Positions 26,907-38,001 are shown, counted from the stretch's first letter. The stretch is DNA of 64,000 nt from an uncultured virus (IMG/VR IMGVR_UViG_3300048033_000643) (IMGVR_UViG_3300048033_000643), one strand, 5' to 3'. Program-made: numbers and translations. The notes: a model not told the origin generated them from the letters alone.

Positions 26907-29900
26907 TATTTTATTTGTTTTTTAAGTTCTTCTACTTCTGCTTTTAAATCTTTTATAGCTTCAATTAGGTAACCTGTTATATTACCGTAAGCTACAGATT
27001 TATACTCAGTGTATTCATCTACTAATTCAGGTGCTATTTTTTCTAGTTCTTGCGCTATTACACCACTGCCTTTTTTATTATCTTTTATAAAGCTAACTCC
27101 TCTCATTTCATAAACCTTAGAACCATCTAAAGTTTTAATGTTTGTTTTTAATCTTTCATCTGAGTATGCTACAACGTCACCAGTAAAAGTTCCTGTACCA
27201 CTGCTGTTTAAAGTAAATAAAGTTCCACTACTTCCTGTACCATGGTGACCAATTCTAAAATCTCCTGAGTCATTATTATTACTATCAAAATTAATTCTAA
27301 CTTTACCGTAAGAGTTCCATGTCATGTTATCACCATAAACACCATTATCAGTAGATGTTATTGAGTGTTGAATGTTAGTTCCATAGCTATCACTATCCCA
27401 AGTAAAAAATATTCCACCAAATTTATATAATTGAGAAGAAGCGTTGTTTACAGATTTACCATATACATCACCACTAAACTCAGCGTCTTGATTCGACTTT
27501 AACTCTAATACTGTTGTGCTATTTGATTGTAAATATAAATTATTAGCTGTTGTTGTTCTAATAGTACCTGTACCAGCCGTAAAACTTAATCGTCTACTTG
27601 TACCATTAATATTCAAATCAGTAGAGCCTTGGACATGAACATCTCCAGTAACTAAAAATCTTTCCGAGGTTCCATTATATACATGCAAAGCACCTTGAGG
27701 GTTTGTTGTTGATACACCTAAACGTCCTGAGGTACCATTACCAGTTACAATAACATTTCCATTTTGTTGTAATTCAAGAGTGTGTGCTGCTACGGAGGTA
27801 TAACCTGGTGTTGAACCTTGTGGATAAAAGTGTAAATTATAATTTGAGCCAGAACCTCTTGCTGATATATCCCATCTAATACCACCATTAATATCAAAAA
27901 ATAATTCTGCCGCATCATCTGCTATACTTCTAATTCTTTGTGTTGCTCTACCGCTACTAGCTTGATTTATAAATCCACTGGTTGCGTCTGTTCCATAACT
28001 TCCATTAGAATAAGTTAAATGAAATTTAGGCACCGGACTGCTTGTTCCAATTCCTACATTTCCAGATCCTACTGACTGTACGGCGAAAAGGTTTTGTCCA
28101 TTTCTTGCCCAACTATTAACTTGAGTATTTGTTATAGTTTGTGAAATACCTGTAAATGCGCTTGTTTCAAAACTTACTTGATAGCCGTAATGCCAGTTAG
28201 CACCTTGATTACTATGCCCACCATTCCATTGTGTTACCCAAACTTGTGGATAAGTCCAAGTTGAATTAAGCTCTCCAATATAAGCTACAGCTCTTGTGGC
28301 GGTAGCATCATAACCAAGCCTTACTGTAAAGTTTCTATCAGAATTAGGGTTTGAATCCACCCACGCACTGACATTATACCATGTTGTGGTAGGATTATAA
28401 TTATAGCCACAAATGGTAACGTCAAAAGGCTCCCATGTATTGTATTCATAAACCCTAACAGTAAACATCATCATAGTGTTAGTCATTGCTTGTGGTAGTT
28501 GTATTTTTATAGCTCCTGCGGTACTACTGCCATTACCTACACTATAGGCTACAGGTATTTGATAACCCGAACTACCACCTACCACAATTCCTTCACCTGT
28601 GGTAAAAGCTCCAGTCACTTGTACATCATTAGATATTTGTGTGTTAGAATAACCTTCACCAACCTGTAATAATGTTCCGGCTGTATTACCTTCTAAAGCT
28701 CTTCTATCAGTCCCGCCTGCTGTACCAAAAACTAAACGATTATTTGTGTTAGCAATTTTTATACTACCATTTACTTGTAGTTTTTGATCAGGCGAAGTAG
28801 ATCCGATACCTACTCTTAAGTTGGGATCTAGAGTCATAAGCACTTGTTCGCTACCTCCGGTTGGATTCCCACCGCCTCTATAAAAATAAAATTTGTTATC
28901 AGCATCTGTTGCTCTAGAACTTAACGCCCAATAAACACCTGTCCAACCTGTTTCATTTGCAGCACCAGTATGACCAAATAATATATCAGCAGGATAACTG
29001 GTACTAGCAGAATCTAATCTAATATCAGCCCTTCCAGAAAGCGCCCAATTTCTACCTGCTCTAACACCGAACACATCTAGTGGCGCAGTCGGGCTAGTAG
29101 TTTGAATACCTACATATCCTCCTGTTGTTATTTGAAGTTTAGTTTGTGCAGCATAAGAAGATTGAGAACCGTCAGCCGCATATCCAATATTAAAACCAGT
29201 TTGGTTATAACCACTACCAACAAACCATTCTGCATCAGTACCGCCACCGCTTGTAGTAACGTTATCTTTCATTTTTATTCCAACACCACGACCATCGTAA
29301 CCATGCAGGTTTATTTTAGATGTCATAGCTGGGGAGCCACCATTGTCAGGTGCAGTTACATTAAGAATTGTGTCAAAAGTACCATTACCAGTAAAGGTTG
29401 CATCACCATTACTTCCATTTATTGTTAACCTTGCTGTTTCATCAGTTCCTAAAACTAAATTTCTACTAGAACTGTTGTGATAAATATGCATAGCATTGCC
29501 ATCTAAAGCAATTGCACCAGTGTATCCGTTACCTTGAATTCTTAATTGACCAGCGCTACTAGCGCTCATGCTAATATTGCTGCTATCACCTAAAGTTACA
29601 TTACCTGAAAAAGTTGCTCCTGGAATATTTGAAAAATCCGCTATACTACCGTCACCTCTTACATATTGAGAGGTGGTTCCGGATAAACTTAAAGTGCTTG
29701 TCCAAGCTCCTGAAGAGTTAATTATATCAGTTCCTCTCCAGCTTATTGTTGAGTTATTATATAATTTTAAACCGCCAGTATAATTTCCATTACCGTCTTT
29801 ATATCCAAAATCAACATATCTGTTAGCGGTAGCACCATCATATCTAAATTTCCAACTAGGGCCATTTAAACTTCCATTATCTAACACATGATATTCTACT

Positions 29901-30103
29901 TGGTTAGACATAGTTCTAAGCATCCATGAACCAGCCGTTAAAACACCCGCTATGTTGGTAGTAGATAATGATGTAGTGCCGTCAACATTTAAGTTTGCAT
30001 CTATTTGAGCATTAGTTGTAATGTCTAAATCATTACCTTGTACTTGTCCAGTAACAACTAAATTGCCATTTATATTTTCACTGCTTAATAATCTAATTGC
30101 CAT
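26906..30103 (-). CDS. tail fibre/spike with C-terminal peptidase S74 intramolecular chaperone
   Basis: GDVVAYSDERLKTNI...GVIAQELEKIAPELV...SVAYGN..LIEAIKDL; GxVGIxT repeats. Confidence 0.88.
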   Translation of the reverse strand: MAIRLLSSENINGNLVVTGQVQGNDLDITTNAQIDANLNVDGTTSLSTTNIAGVLTAGSWMLRTMSNQVEYHVLDNGSLNGPSWKFRYDGATANRYVDFGYKDGNGNYTGGLKLYNNSTISWRGTDIINSSGAWTSTLSLSGTTSQYVRGDGSIADFSNIPGATFSGNVTLGDSSNISMSASSAGQLRIQGNGYTGAIALDGNAMHIYHNSSSRNLVLGTDETARLTINGSNGDATFTGNGTFDTILNVTAPDNGGSPAMTSKINLHGYDGRGVGIKMKDNVTTSGGGTDAEWFVGSGYNQTGFNIGYAADGSQSSYAAQTKLQITTGGYVGIQTTSPTAPLDVFGVRAGRNWALSGRADIRLDSASTSYPADILFGHTGAANETGWTGVYWALSSRATDADNKFYFYRGGGNPTGGSEQVLMTLDPNLRVGIGSTSPDQKLQVNGSIKIANTNNRLVFGTAGGTDRRALEGNTAGTLLQVGEGYSNTQISNDVQVTGAFTTGEGIVVGGSSGYQIPVAYSVGNGSSTAGAIKIQLPQAMTNTMMMFTVRVYEYNTWEPFDVTICGYNYNPTTTWYNVSAWVDSNPNSDRNFTVRLGYDATATRAVAYIGELNSTWTYPQVWVTQWNGGHSNQGANWHYGYQVSFETSAFTGISQTITNTQVNSWARNGQNLFAVQSVGSGNVGIGTSSPVPKFHLTYSNGSYGTDATSGFINQASSGRATQRIRSIADDAAELFFDINGGIRWDISARGSGSNYNLHFYPQGSTPGYTSVAAHTLELQQNGNVIVTGNGTSGRLGVSTTNPQGALHVYNGTSERFLVTGDVHVQGSTDLNINGTSRRLSFTAGTGTIRTTTANNLYLQSNSTTVLELKSNQDAEFSGDVYGKSVNNASSQLYKFGGIFFTWDSDSYGTNIQHSITSTDNGVYGDNMTWNSYGKVRINFDSNNNDSGDFRIGHHGTGSSGTLFTLNSSGTGTFTGDVVAYSDERLKTNIKTLDGSKVYEMRGVSFIKDNKKGSGVIAQELEKIAPELVDEYTEYKSVAYGNITGYLIEAIKDLKAEVEELKKQIK

Positions 30104-30153
30104 AAAGAGTAGAATTTACACAAAGATAATCAATTATAGATTACCTTTTATAA

Positions 30154-30513
30154 TTACTCATCTCCTGGCGGAAGTGGTTCTGGTGGCTCTGGGGCCCAAG
30201 GCATTGGAGCATCCTCATTTGTAGGTGCTATTTGGTTTTCAATACCCGCTTGAACAACTTCATTTGGATGATCTATAGGATAAATTGGTTGTATCCATGC
30301 AATAACCTCATCTTCTGTTAAATCTGCTAAAGGAACAAAACTTGCAGAGCTTGGTGGTGGAACTGGATAAGCTCCATTAAAGGTAGAACTAAAGCCTGAA
30401 TCAGAGTCTGTTCCAGTATAGTTAAATTGTACGTTTGTAACCACATCGGTTAAACCGTCTAAAGAAGGAGCCATTTTCATTCCTGTAATTGCCCATACAT
30501 AAGTTATATTCAT
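30154..30513 (-). CDS. tail-fibre-associated small protein
   Basis: TYVWAIT...DVVTNV.F.Y...FVPLADLTEDEVIAW...PW pattern. Confidence 0.6.
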   Translation of the reverse strand: MNITYVWAITGMKMAPSLDGLTDVVTNVQFNYTGTDSDSGFSSTFNGAYPVPPPSSASFVPLADLTEDEVIAWIQPIYPIDHPNEVVQAGIENQIAPTNEDAPMPWAPEPPEPLPPGDE

Positions 30514-30526
30514 AGTTGCAAAGATA

Positions 30527-33500
30527 TTAATTATTTTCTAATGTTTCTATTCTAGTTTTTAAATCGTTTATTATAACTTGTTGTTCTTTTACAGACTCAA
30601 TAAGCAGTGCAGTTAGTTTTTGATAGTCAACAGCTTTGTAACCATTAGATCTAGTTTGTACAATCTCTGGCAATATTTCTTCTACCTCTTGAGCTACTAC
30701 ACCTATATCTTTTTTACCTGTTTCCTTGTGAGATATTTCATTCCACTCAAAAGTATAACCACCTATCTTACTTAATTTATCTAAAGCATTTGTTATTGGT
30801 GTAATATTGTTTTTAAATCTAATATCAGAACTAGCATACGCTACAACATCACCCGCTACATTTACTGATGTTCCTGTAGTGCTTGGATCTAAATAAAACG
30901 CAGTATTATTGTAATCATAAAATATAGGAGCACGCAAACTTGTTGTGCTTTGTAAGTAAACCCCTATGGTTTGATCGTTTTCATTAGTTAAAAAGTTGTA
31001 AGGCCCTCTAGATGTACCACCCTCTAATCTAGAGTATCTTGGAGGCCCCCAAAAAGGAAATGCAATTGTTGTATTGTAATAATTTGAGCCATTCCCGTGA
31101 TTACCTATGTAATAATTGTGCCAACCACTAAACCCTGCAAATGAACCTGATGTTTGATAAAAACTTTGGCCATTTGTTTGATAACCTGTAATAGCTAATT
31201 TATTGCTTTGAGAAATAGTTCCTGTAATAGTATTAGCAACTGTTAGTCCATTTAAATTACTTGTACCAGCAAAATCACCGTAATAAGCTGTGTTATTTGA
31301 ATCATAAAATACTGGTGCCCTATATGATGCTGTTTCTTCACTATATGCGCTATATAGCCATTGTCTTGTTGTGTTATGTGCCATTAAACGCATATCATGT
31401 CCAGTTACAGTTCCAAATGATGAATATAATTGACCAGTATGTGTCCACCACGAGGCTCTAACTGCATTTGCATCTTGTGCGCAATCAATTCTAGCATGAA
31501 CAGTGCTGGCGACTACAAACCTAGAACCCCAACTCCCGTCATCTGAATTATACGTTGAACTGTTACCAACTTTTACAAAATTGGCACCAAATCTCCATTG
31601 CCCTTGCGTATTAACATTACCAGATGTAGTCATCTGCAACTGATAGTTATTGTTGCTACCAAGATAAAGTTCATCACCAGCACCCATTTTCATTTGAAAA
31701 GCATTAGTTCCCGCATCTTGAAAAGTTAATGTTGAGTCGTTGGTTTGAAAAGTTATTGGAGTGTATAAATTGCTGCCACTTGCAGGATCTACATAATAAG
31801 CTGTGTTATCTTTGTCAATAAAATTAGATCCATAAACATTAGCATTAGGACTAGCATTACCACCATTAAAACCATATACAACTGGTGTCAGCCAACCAGA
31901 ATAGTTGTCATTATTCCATTGTGTTTTATATGCCAAATCACCAGTATGTGCTGAATATAATTGAAACGAATGATTTGCTGTTCTAGTGCTTAATACTGAT
32001 CCATAAGTATAAACACCCGTTGGTGAATTTGTATAGCTCCCAATTGCATTATATTGTGTTACTGTAAATTGACCAGAACTTGCAACTAAATTTTGCCAAT
32101 CAGATTGATTATTTGTTGAATTAATACAACCAACATTAGTATTATCGTTTCTTGGTTGAATTATAATCCTACTGTTAGCTGTAAGTGTGTCAGCGACAAT
32201 TAATCCACAATTTAAAGAAACACTACCTACACTATCCCCTGAAGTTATGTTAAGATTACCACTAGCCGGAGAAATATTCCAAGACCTTGTACCTGTTTGG
32301 TCAAATTGCAATGAGTTACTAAGCATTTGTATATTGCCTGACATAGTACCCCCTGATAATGGTAAAAAAGGGCCACCAGTTTGATTTTGAAGTGTTGTCC
32401 ATGTTGGCGATCCAGTTCCGCCAGATGTTAATACTTGACCTGAATTACCACTTGTCCCGCCGCTTAAATGTATTGCACCAACTCTATCAACCGCAAATCT
32501 ATTTGATCCATTTCCAGCTTCAGCTATTAACATTCCGTTAATATCTAATCTAGTGCTATCACTATAACCAGTAGGTACTGATCCAACAGTTGCCGAAGTA
32601 CTAAGAACCCAATTATTAGTTGCATAATGAGTGTCTTGTACCGTTATATTATAACTACCAGTTCTTTGACAATATATTTCTACAAACTGATCTTGATAAG
32701 TAGTCCCTATTAATAATCTAATCTCTGTAAAACCTATAACACTATAAAAAGAGCTACTTTTAAGTTTTAACATAGTTCCTGCATACTGTGAGTATGAAGA
32801 ACCTGCATAAAAAGTTATATTACCATGTGGGCCACCACTAATTCCATCTTGTATATAAATATCACCACAAGATCTACCCGCACCACTAGCTATACGATAC
32901 CAATTACCTGCTGTCATAGAATAGCTAACACTTCTGCTAGTTCCTAAATTACCTATTCCAGTATTTATTTTATTAAACACACTAGTACTAGCAAAATCAC
33001 CATAATAAGCACCATTAGCTGAATCATAATAAATAGGAGATAACATTGAAGATGTAGCTGTTATAGTTGATGCTTTAAATTGTTCATAATCATTACCAGG
33101 ATTATTTCTAACAGCTATTGTGCCGTTTGATTCAATTGTCATTGATGATGCAACTACACCTCCCCAATGCCAAGCTATCCTTGGTGGAGTTCCACTTGCA
33201 CCACTCGAAGAAGCCATTAGTTCTATAGCCGCAGTACTATAACTTGTTGAAGTACTTGAAGGGTAAAACGTTGTGTTACCTGTTATTGATTGATTACCTG
33301 TTGTTCTTATAACAGTACTATCTACTGATAAAGTACCAGTTGTAGTAATTGTTCCTCCTGTAAGCCCTGAACCTGTGGCAACTGAAGTTACTGTTCCTCC
33401 AGATCCTGGATGAGCGTCAACATAAGCTTTGTTTGCAGCGTCAGTACTTGCACTAACAGTATCTACACCTTGTATTCTACCAGTGCCAGCTAAAGTTAAA

Positions 33501-34207
33501 TTTCCGTTTGATATTTGTAAAAAACCTCTAGTTATATTTACATTACCAGAATGATCTATATTTAATGCTGTTTTAGATCCTGTTGCATAACTATCTGTTG
33601 TAGCTAAATACATTCTAGTTCCGTAACTTCCGTCTGACCTTATGTATATCCCAGCCTGAGCATTACTACCTGAACTCGCATCAGATGCGCCAAATGTAAT
33701 CGCTCCGCCAGCATGATCTGTTCCTTCATCTGGATCAATATGAATCGAACCTTTTGAAACACCTTGAGTAGTTGGATCCCAAACCCGACCTTCATGAACA
33801 GTAAATATACCTGTATAATCACCAGACATGGTAAGAGTTCCAGTTGTAGTAATTGTTCCTCCCGTCAATCCGTTGCCTGTAGCCACAGATGTTACGCCAC
33901 TTACAGTTGATGAGGGAGCGTAAAATCCATCAGTAACTCCTGTTCTAAATTGAGCTGGGGTTACATATCTTAGATATGCATCGTTACTTGCTGTAATTCT
34001 TGTGATTGATCCTGTGTGGTTGCCAGAGACTGAGTTTATCCAGCCAAAGTTTACATAACCATTAGCTTCGGTTCTTACTATTTGATTGGCTAGATTATTT
34101 ACACCTGTAGTGTTTATGGCTAGACCATTAAACGTAGCGCCTTGTACATTTCCAGATACCGTTAAAGTTCCGGATATAGTTTGTCCACTAAGAAATTTTA
34201 TCGCCAT
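30527..34207 (-). CDS. long tail fibre with C-terminal peptidase S74 chaperone
   Basis: AYASSDIRFKNNITPI...IGVVAQEVEEILPEIV...AVDYQKL; internal TSVATG.GLTGGTITTTGTL and P.FYD.NNTAYY.D repeats. Confidence 0.88.
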   Translation of the reverse strand: MAIKFLSGQTISGTLTVSGNVQGATFNGLAINTTGVNNLANQIVRTEANGYVNFGWINSVSGNHTGSITRITASNDAYLRYVTPAQFRTGVTDGFYAPSSTVSGVTSVATGNGLTGGTITTTGTLTMSGDYTGIFTVHEGRVWDPTTQGVSKGSIHIDPDEGTDHAGGAITFGASDASSGSNAQAGIYIRSDGSYGTRMYLATTDSYATGSKTALNIDHSGNVNITRGFLQISNGNLTLAGTGRIQGVDTVSASTDAANKAYVDAHPGSGGTVTSVATGSGLTGGTITTTGTLSVDSTVIRTTGNQSITGNTTFYPSSTSTSYSTAAIELMASSSGASGTPPRIAWHWGGVVASSMTIESNGTIAVRNNPGNDYEQFKASTITATSSMLSPIYYDSANGAYYGDFASTSVFNKINTGIGNLGTSRSVSYSMTAGNWYRIASGAGRSCGDIYIQDGISGGPHGNITFYAGSSYSQYAGTMLKLKSSSFYSVIGFTEIRLLIGTTYQDQFVEIYCQRTGSYNITVQDTHYATNNWVLSTSATVGSVPTGYSDSTRLDINGMLIAEAGNGSNRFAVDRVGAIHLSGGTSGNSGQVLTSGGTGSPTWTTLQNQTGGPFLPLSGGTMSGNIQMLSNSLQFDQTGTRSWNISPASGNLNITSGDSVGSVSLNCGLIVADTLTANSRIIIQPRNDNTNVGCINSTNNQSDWQNLVASSGQFTVTQYNAIGSYTNSPTGVYTYGSVLSTRTANHSFQLYSAHTGDLAYKTQWNNDNYSGWLTPVVYGFNGGNASPNANVYGSNFIDKDNTAYYVDPASGSNLYTPITFQTNDSTLTFQDAGTNAFQMKMGAGDELYLGSNNNYQLQMTTSGNVNTQGQWRFGANFVKVGNSSTYNSDDGSWGSRFVVASTVHARIDCAQDANAVRASWWTHTGQLYSSFGTVTGHDMRLMAHNTTRQWLYSAYSEETASYRAPVFYDSNNTAYYGDFAGTSNLNGLTVANTITGTISQSNKLAITGYQTNGQSFYQTSGSFAGFSGWHNYYIGNHGNGSNYYNTTIAFPFWGPPRYSRLEGGTSRGPYNFLTNENDQTIGVYLQSTTSLRAPIFYDYNNTAFYLDPSTTGTSVNVAGDVVAYASSDIRFKNNITPITNALDKLSKIGGYTFEWNEISHKETGKKDIGVVAQEVEEILPEIVQTRSNGYKAVDYQKLTALLIESVKEQQVIINDLKTRIETLENN

Positions 34208-34222
34208 GTAAGTAAATTAAAA

Positions 34223-35716
34223 CTAACTTACAGATATAAGAACTCTAGCGGCGTCTTGAGCAAGGGCTGTTGTTGTAGATAATGTTACTACTGTTGTGCT
34301 TGTTCGTACTACGTCACAAATAACTGTATCAAATGTTGTGTTATCATAAACTTGTACAATTACATCTCTAGTTCCTAGTCCGTGAGTTACAGCGTATGTA
34401 GTGGCAGAATTATTTCCAATATTTGCCGCATGATTCAATCCAGTCCCTACACATGTCTCAACTGCTGTACAGAAATCTGTAATTTGTGTAGATGGGATAG
34501 CTATATTTGCTTCTGCAATACCTGTTATTATTCCTTTTCCGTCTGCTGTTATTTGTAATGATTTTGTTACTGCTCCATAAGAACCAGCAACTCCTGTTTG
34601 ACTATCTAAGGCTACAGCACCACTTGCGTTAACTGTTAAACCTCCTGAAGTTGGAAAACTTGCAAGACCTACTGTAGTTGCAGTTGCTAAATCTGTATCT
34701 GATTGTACTATTACAAAATCTCCTTCAACAGAAGCTCCTGCTGCTGCTGCGGTGTTACATATAACTTGATCCCCAACTGTAAGCGGTGTTGCTGTGTTTC
34801 CAAAGAAATCACCTGCTGTTGTACATACATAAAAATCTCCAACTGCAATAGCTACTCTGTTAGCTCCTGTTGTTAAATTATCTGTTCCACCATCAATAAC
34901 ACCTGTTGTTGCATTAAACCCTCCTTTTATTTGTAGAGATCCTACAACTGCATTGTCAACGTATTGTTTTGTTGCTGCATCAGCGTTTGCTGTTGGTGCA
35001 GATAATCCTGTAATCTTATTATTACCCATTGCTAAATCAGCACTAGGAGTTCCTAATAAGTTAATAGGAATTTCATTACCTGCTTTTCTTTTTTGAGTCG
35101 TTCCGTCTAATACAATAAATTCATCAGCTGCAACCCATGTTTGAGTCATGTCTGGTAAATCTTGTAATTGTAGATTGTAAGTTACGGTATCTGTTGCGCT
35201 AATTACCGCATCTAATCCCGTATTGTGTGCAAACGTAATTGTGTTTCCGTTTGCAACTGTTTGAGTATTTGTTCCGTCAGTTATATCAAAACCTGTTATT
35301 GGCTCTGTACTTGCGGTAACAGCTGTTATTTGTCCTTTTTTATTGTATGAAATACTTGCTGGATACGCAACACTTCCGGCTGCTGCACTAGGAGCATTAT
35401 CGTCCATAGTAATAGCAACTTGTCTAGTTGCTCCAGCTGTTGTAGTTATAAATCCAGTTTCGCCTAATATTGACGCACTTTGACCGTTGCTAATTGTTTG
35501 ATCCGCTCCTGAATCTCCTTTCAAAATCCAAGTAACCATTCCTGAGCTTACTGTTTGCCATCCAGTTGAGGTGTTATATTTTAATACGTCATTCGTAGTA
35601 TCAAATATCATTTGACCTACTCCTGACACTGTAGGATCACTAGCTTGATTATCAACCTTAAAGGTTTTAAGCTGGTTGTTGTTAAGTGCTATACTTGATA
35701 AATACGATATTGCCAT
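34223..35716 (-). CDS. proximal tail fibre/fibre-anchoring protein
   Basis: NKITGLSAPTANADAATKQYVD and VTHGLGTRDVIVQVYD motifs. Confidence 0.7.
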   Translation of the reverse strand: MAISYLSSIALNNNQLKTFKVDNQASDPTVSGVGQMIFDTTNDVLKYNTSTGWQTVSSGMVTWILKGDSGADQTISNGQSASILGETGFITTTAGATRQVAITMDDNAPSAAAGSVAYPASISYNKKGQITAVTASTEPITGFDITDGTNTQTVANGNTITFAHNTGLDAVISATDTVTYNLQLQDLPDMTQTWVAADEFIVLDGTTQKRKAGNEIPINLLGTPSADLAMGNNKITGLSAPTANADAATKQYVDNAVVGSLQIKGGFNATTGVIDGGTDNLTTGANRVAIAVGDFYVCTTAGDFFGNTATPLTVGDQVICNTAAAAGASVEGDFVIVQSDTDLATATTVGLASFPTSGGLTVNASGAVALDSQTGVAGSYGAVTKSLQITADGKGIITGIAEANIAIPSTQITDFCTAVETCVGTGLNHAANIGNNSATTYAVTHGLGTRDVIVQVYDNTTFDTVICDVVRTSTTVVTLSTTTALAQDAARVLISVS

Positions 35717-35729
35717 AATTTTTTATTTA

Positions 35730-36449
35730 TTAATTAAATGACGCTTCCCCTGTAAACGGTAAGGAAAACGTTAATGTAGCTTGGTTTAAACTATTAAATG
35801 TTATTTGCGTTTCTACTTGTGCATTAGCATTGTTTGTGTCAAATATTGTAACTGACGGATATTTATTTAAATTATGATTTATAACATAAACACTTGCGCT
35901 TCCATCTAAAGTGTACAAAAAATTTGCATCATTTGCTCCAGCGTACGTTAGCAAAGATATGAAATAATCTTTGTTTGCAATTAAGCCATCGTTGCCTCCT
36001 TTATACGCTACAACTATGTCATAGTAATTAGGATTAGTTGCGTTTTGCACAGATGATACCCATGAGAAAACTGCCCATTTAGAGACATCATCACACTGTG
36101 TCATTAATACCTCAGAACCTCCTAAAGGATTAGCATAGAAAGAAGATATATCAATCCCTAAATTAGTTAATTCAAATTTACTTAAAGTAAATCCTGTTAT
36201 TGTGTTGTATGCTACTGTTGGTGCTGATGTTGCTCCGTCTGCTCCAAAAAAACATCCGTCTGTTCTTGGAATCGTATTTGTATATTTAAATCTTAATGCT
36301 TGTTGTTGAGTAGCAACTCTATTCATGTATTCCGCTACAGAATCAATTGTAAAGTTTTTAGTTGCGTAATTACTATCAGCGTCTGATCCAATCCAATAAT
36401 CTGATCCAACTAAATGTGTGTCTAATGGATATGTACTTATTCTTGCCAT
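35730..36449 (-). CDS. tail/collar-associated virion protein
   Basis: MARISTYP...WIGSD...TKNF N-terminus and INHNLNKYPSVT C-terminal domain. Confidence 0.6.
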   Translation of the reverse strand: MARISTYPLDTHLVGSDYWIGSDADSNYATKNFTIDSVAEYMNRVATQQQALRFKYTNTIPRTDGCFFGADGATSAPTVAYNTITGFTLSKFELTNLGIDISSFYANPLGGSEVLMTQCDDVSKWAVFSWVSSVQNATNPNYYDIVVAYKGGNDGLIANKDYFISLLTYAGANDANFLYTLDGSASVYVINHNLNKYPSVTIFDTNNANAQVETQITFNSLNQATLTFSLPFTGEASFN

Positions 36450-36487
36450 AGTAGTAATTTATTATTTACAAAGATAATCAAAAGAAA

Positions 36488-36886
36488 TTATCCTTTTTTT
36501 ACTTTTTCAATTGACCTTCCTCCGAAATAAGCTCCAATTACGGTAATCAAAGTGAGCTGCAAAAGATCTGTCCATTTTTCTTCGACATCAAAAGCAATAA
36601 ACCCACTGTCAATAAAAACCATTACAACAGTAGATACTACTAAGAAAATCAAAGTAAGTGGACGTACTGATTTAGTCAACCAGTTTCCGTGTTGCAAATC
36701 TGTCTTCCATCTTTCTGTTACGTTTTTTTGCATGTCAGCCTCAGCATCAATAAACACCTTGTCCATCTCTTGTTTTAACTGAGCTCTTTCTTCTTTTGAA
36801 AAAGTATGCTTATCTATAATGCCTGATATTTTACCGGCAATGTCTGCGCCAGCACCTCCAAATAATTTTGCTAATATTTTTCCCAT
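36488..36886 (-). CDS. holin (3TM/GTA-holin-like)
   Basis: TERWKTD...WLTKSVRPL, two TM segments and AYFGGRSIEK. Confidence 0.75.
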   Translation of the reverse strand: MGKILAKLFGGAGADIAGKISGIIDKHTFSKEERAQLKQEMDKVFIDAEADMQKNVTERWKTDLQHGNWLTKSVRPLTLIFLVVSTVVMVFIDSGFIAFDVEEKWTDLLQLTLITVIGAYFGGRSIEKVKKG

Positions 36887-36889
36887 AAC

Positions 36890-37540
36890 CTATTGTTTTA
36901 TTTTAACCTTTGTTCTGTTTACATCTACTCTAGATATAGATTTAGATTCGTAACGAGAAGGTGAACTAACATTAATTGGATTAGGATTTTCTCTTGGAAT
37001 AAATTTATTATTATTATTCCAGTCTCTATTTGTTCTATTGTTGTTTATTTTAATTTTACTTCTTAGTCTATTAGCTGCAAGTGTTAGTTTTTTTTCTTTA
37101 TAAGCTTGTATCATAGCAGCCTGACCTTCTTTATTTCTTTGACTAATTCTTCTTCCTTTCATTACAGCTACATAACGAGCCTGTTCGTACATATAATATC
37201 TAGGTGTTTGATAGTGATAATTGAAATAAGGATAACTAAAAGCCCAGTCATGCCAGAACCTGCTTCGGTTCCAATACATATCAAAAGAATTAAATGGATT
37301 CCAAAATCTAGCAAAAGATGCTGATGAATAAAACGAGAACGGTTGATTCATAGCAAACTGAGCATAGTTCCATCTAAAAGTAAAGTCAGTTCTTAGTTTC
37401 CAATTTAATCTTGTGTAAGACAATGTGTCTATTTTTACTGTTGGAGGAACATCTAACCATACGCCCGTAGAGGGTGCTGGGGGGTTTTTATGTACTCCAC
37501 AACTTACAATAAGCGCAAAAATAAATATTAATTTTTTCAT
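36890..37540 (-). CDS. lipoprotein in the lysis cassette
   Basis: Signal peptide II MKKLIFIFALIVS-C; aromatic-rich core and N/R-rich tail. Confidence 0.6.
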   Translation of the reverse strand: MKKLIFIFALIVSCGVHKNPPAPSTGVWLDVPPTVKIDTLSYTRLNWKLRTDFTFRWNYAQFAMNQPFSFYSSASFARFWNPFNSFDMYWNRSRFWHDWAFSYPYFNYHYQTPRYYMYEQARYVAVMKGRRISQRNKEGQAAMIQAYKEKKLTLAANRLRSKIKINNNRTNRDWNNNNKFIPRENPNPINVSSPSRYESKSISRVDVNRTKVKIKQ

Positions 37541-38001
37541 TTATTTGTAATGTCTATATAAACTGTTTTACCTTTATCTCTAACAGCTTTCAAAACTCTG
37601 TTTCTGTTTTTTTCTTTATCTACATAACTTACATGTACCCAGTCAGGGTTTTCTTCGTTTCCAAATTCGTAAATAAGTTGATCGAAGTCTAATTTTTCTC
37701 TTATAAAATCAAACATCTCTTTGTTTGTTTTATGTCCGTAAATGTCATCCAGATCCATTGCGTTTCCCTGGCAATGCTGTGATCGGCTACTTCCGCCAAT
37801 CGCTTTATTGAGAGCTTCTGATCTGTACATGCTGTTGATTTTTATTGGGCCGCCTACATGTTCTCTAAGAGGTTCAAATATTTTTTCAGCAAGTTGTTTC
37901 ATGTTAGCTAAAGCATTTCCGTTAGGAGTATTAGCTAATCCAAGTCTTAAAGCAGTTATAGATTTAGTTGCTTCTTTTTCTGATATATGTTTACTAATCA
38001 T
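37537..38001 (-). CDS. endolysin, peptidase M15A family
   Basis: INSMYRSEALNKAIGGSSRSQHCQGNAMD...WVHVSY, the Zn-peptidase H-x6-D...H motif. Confidence 0.88.
   Translation of the reverse strand: MISKHISEKEATKSITALRLGLANTPNGNALANMKQLAEKIFEPLREHVGGPIKINSMYRSEALNKAIGGSSRSQHCQGNAMDLDDIYGHKTNKEMFDFIREKLDFDQLIYEFGNEENPDWVHVSYVDKEKNRNRVLKAVRDKGKTVYIDITNK

Noticed and set aside
24422..34207. Invertase-driven shufflon of tail fibres
   Set aside because: All fibre segments are in the same orientation and no serine or tyrosine recombinase is present in the window
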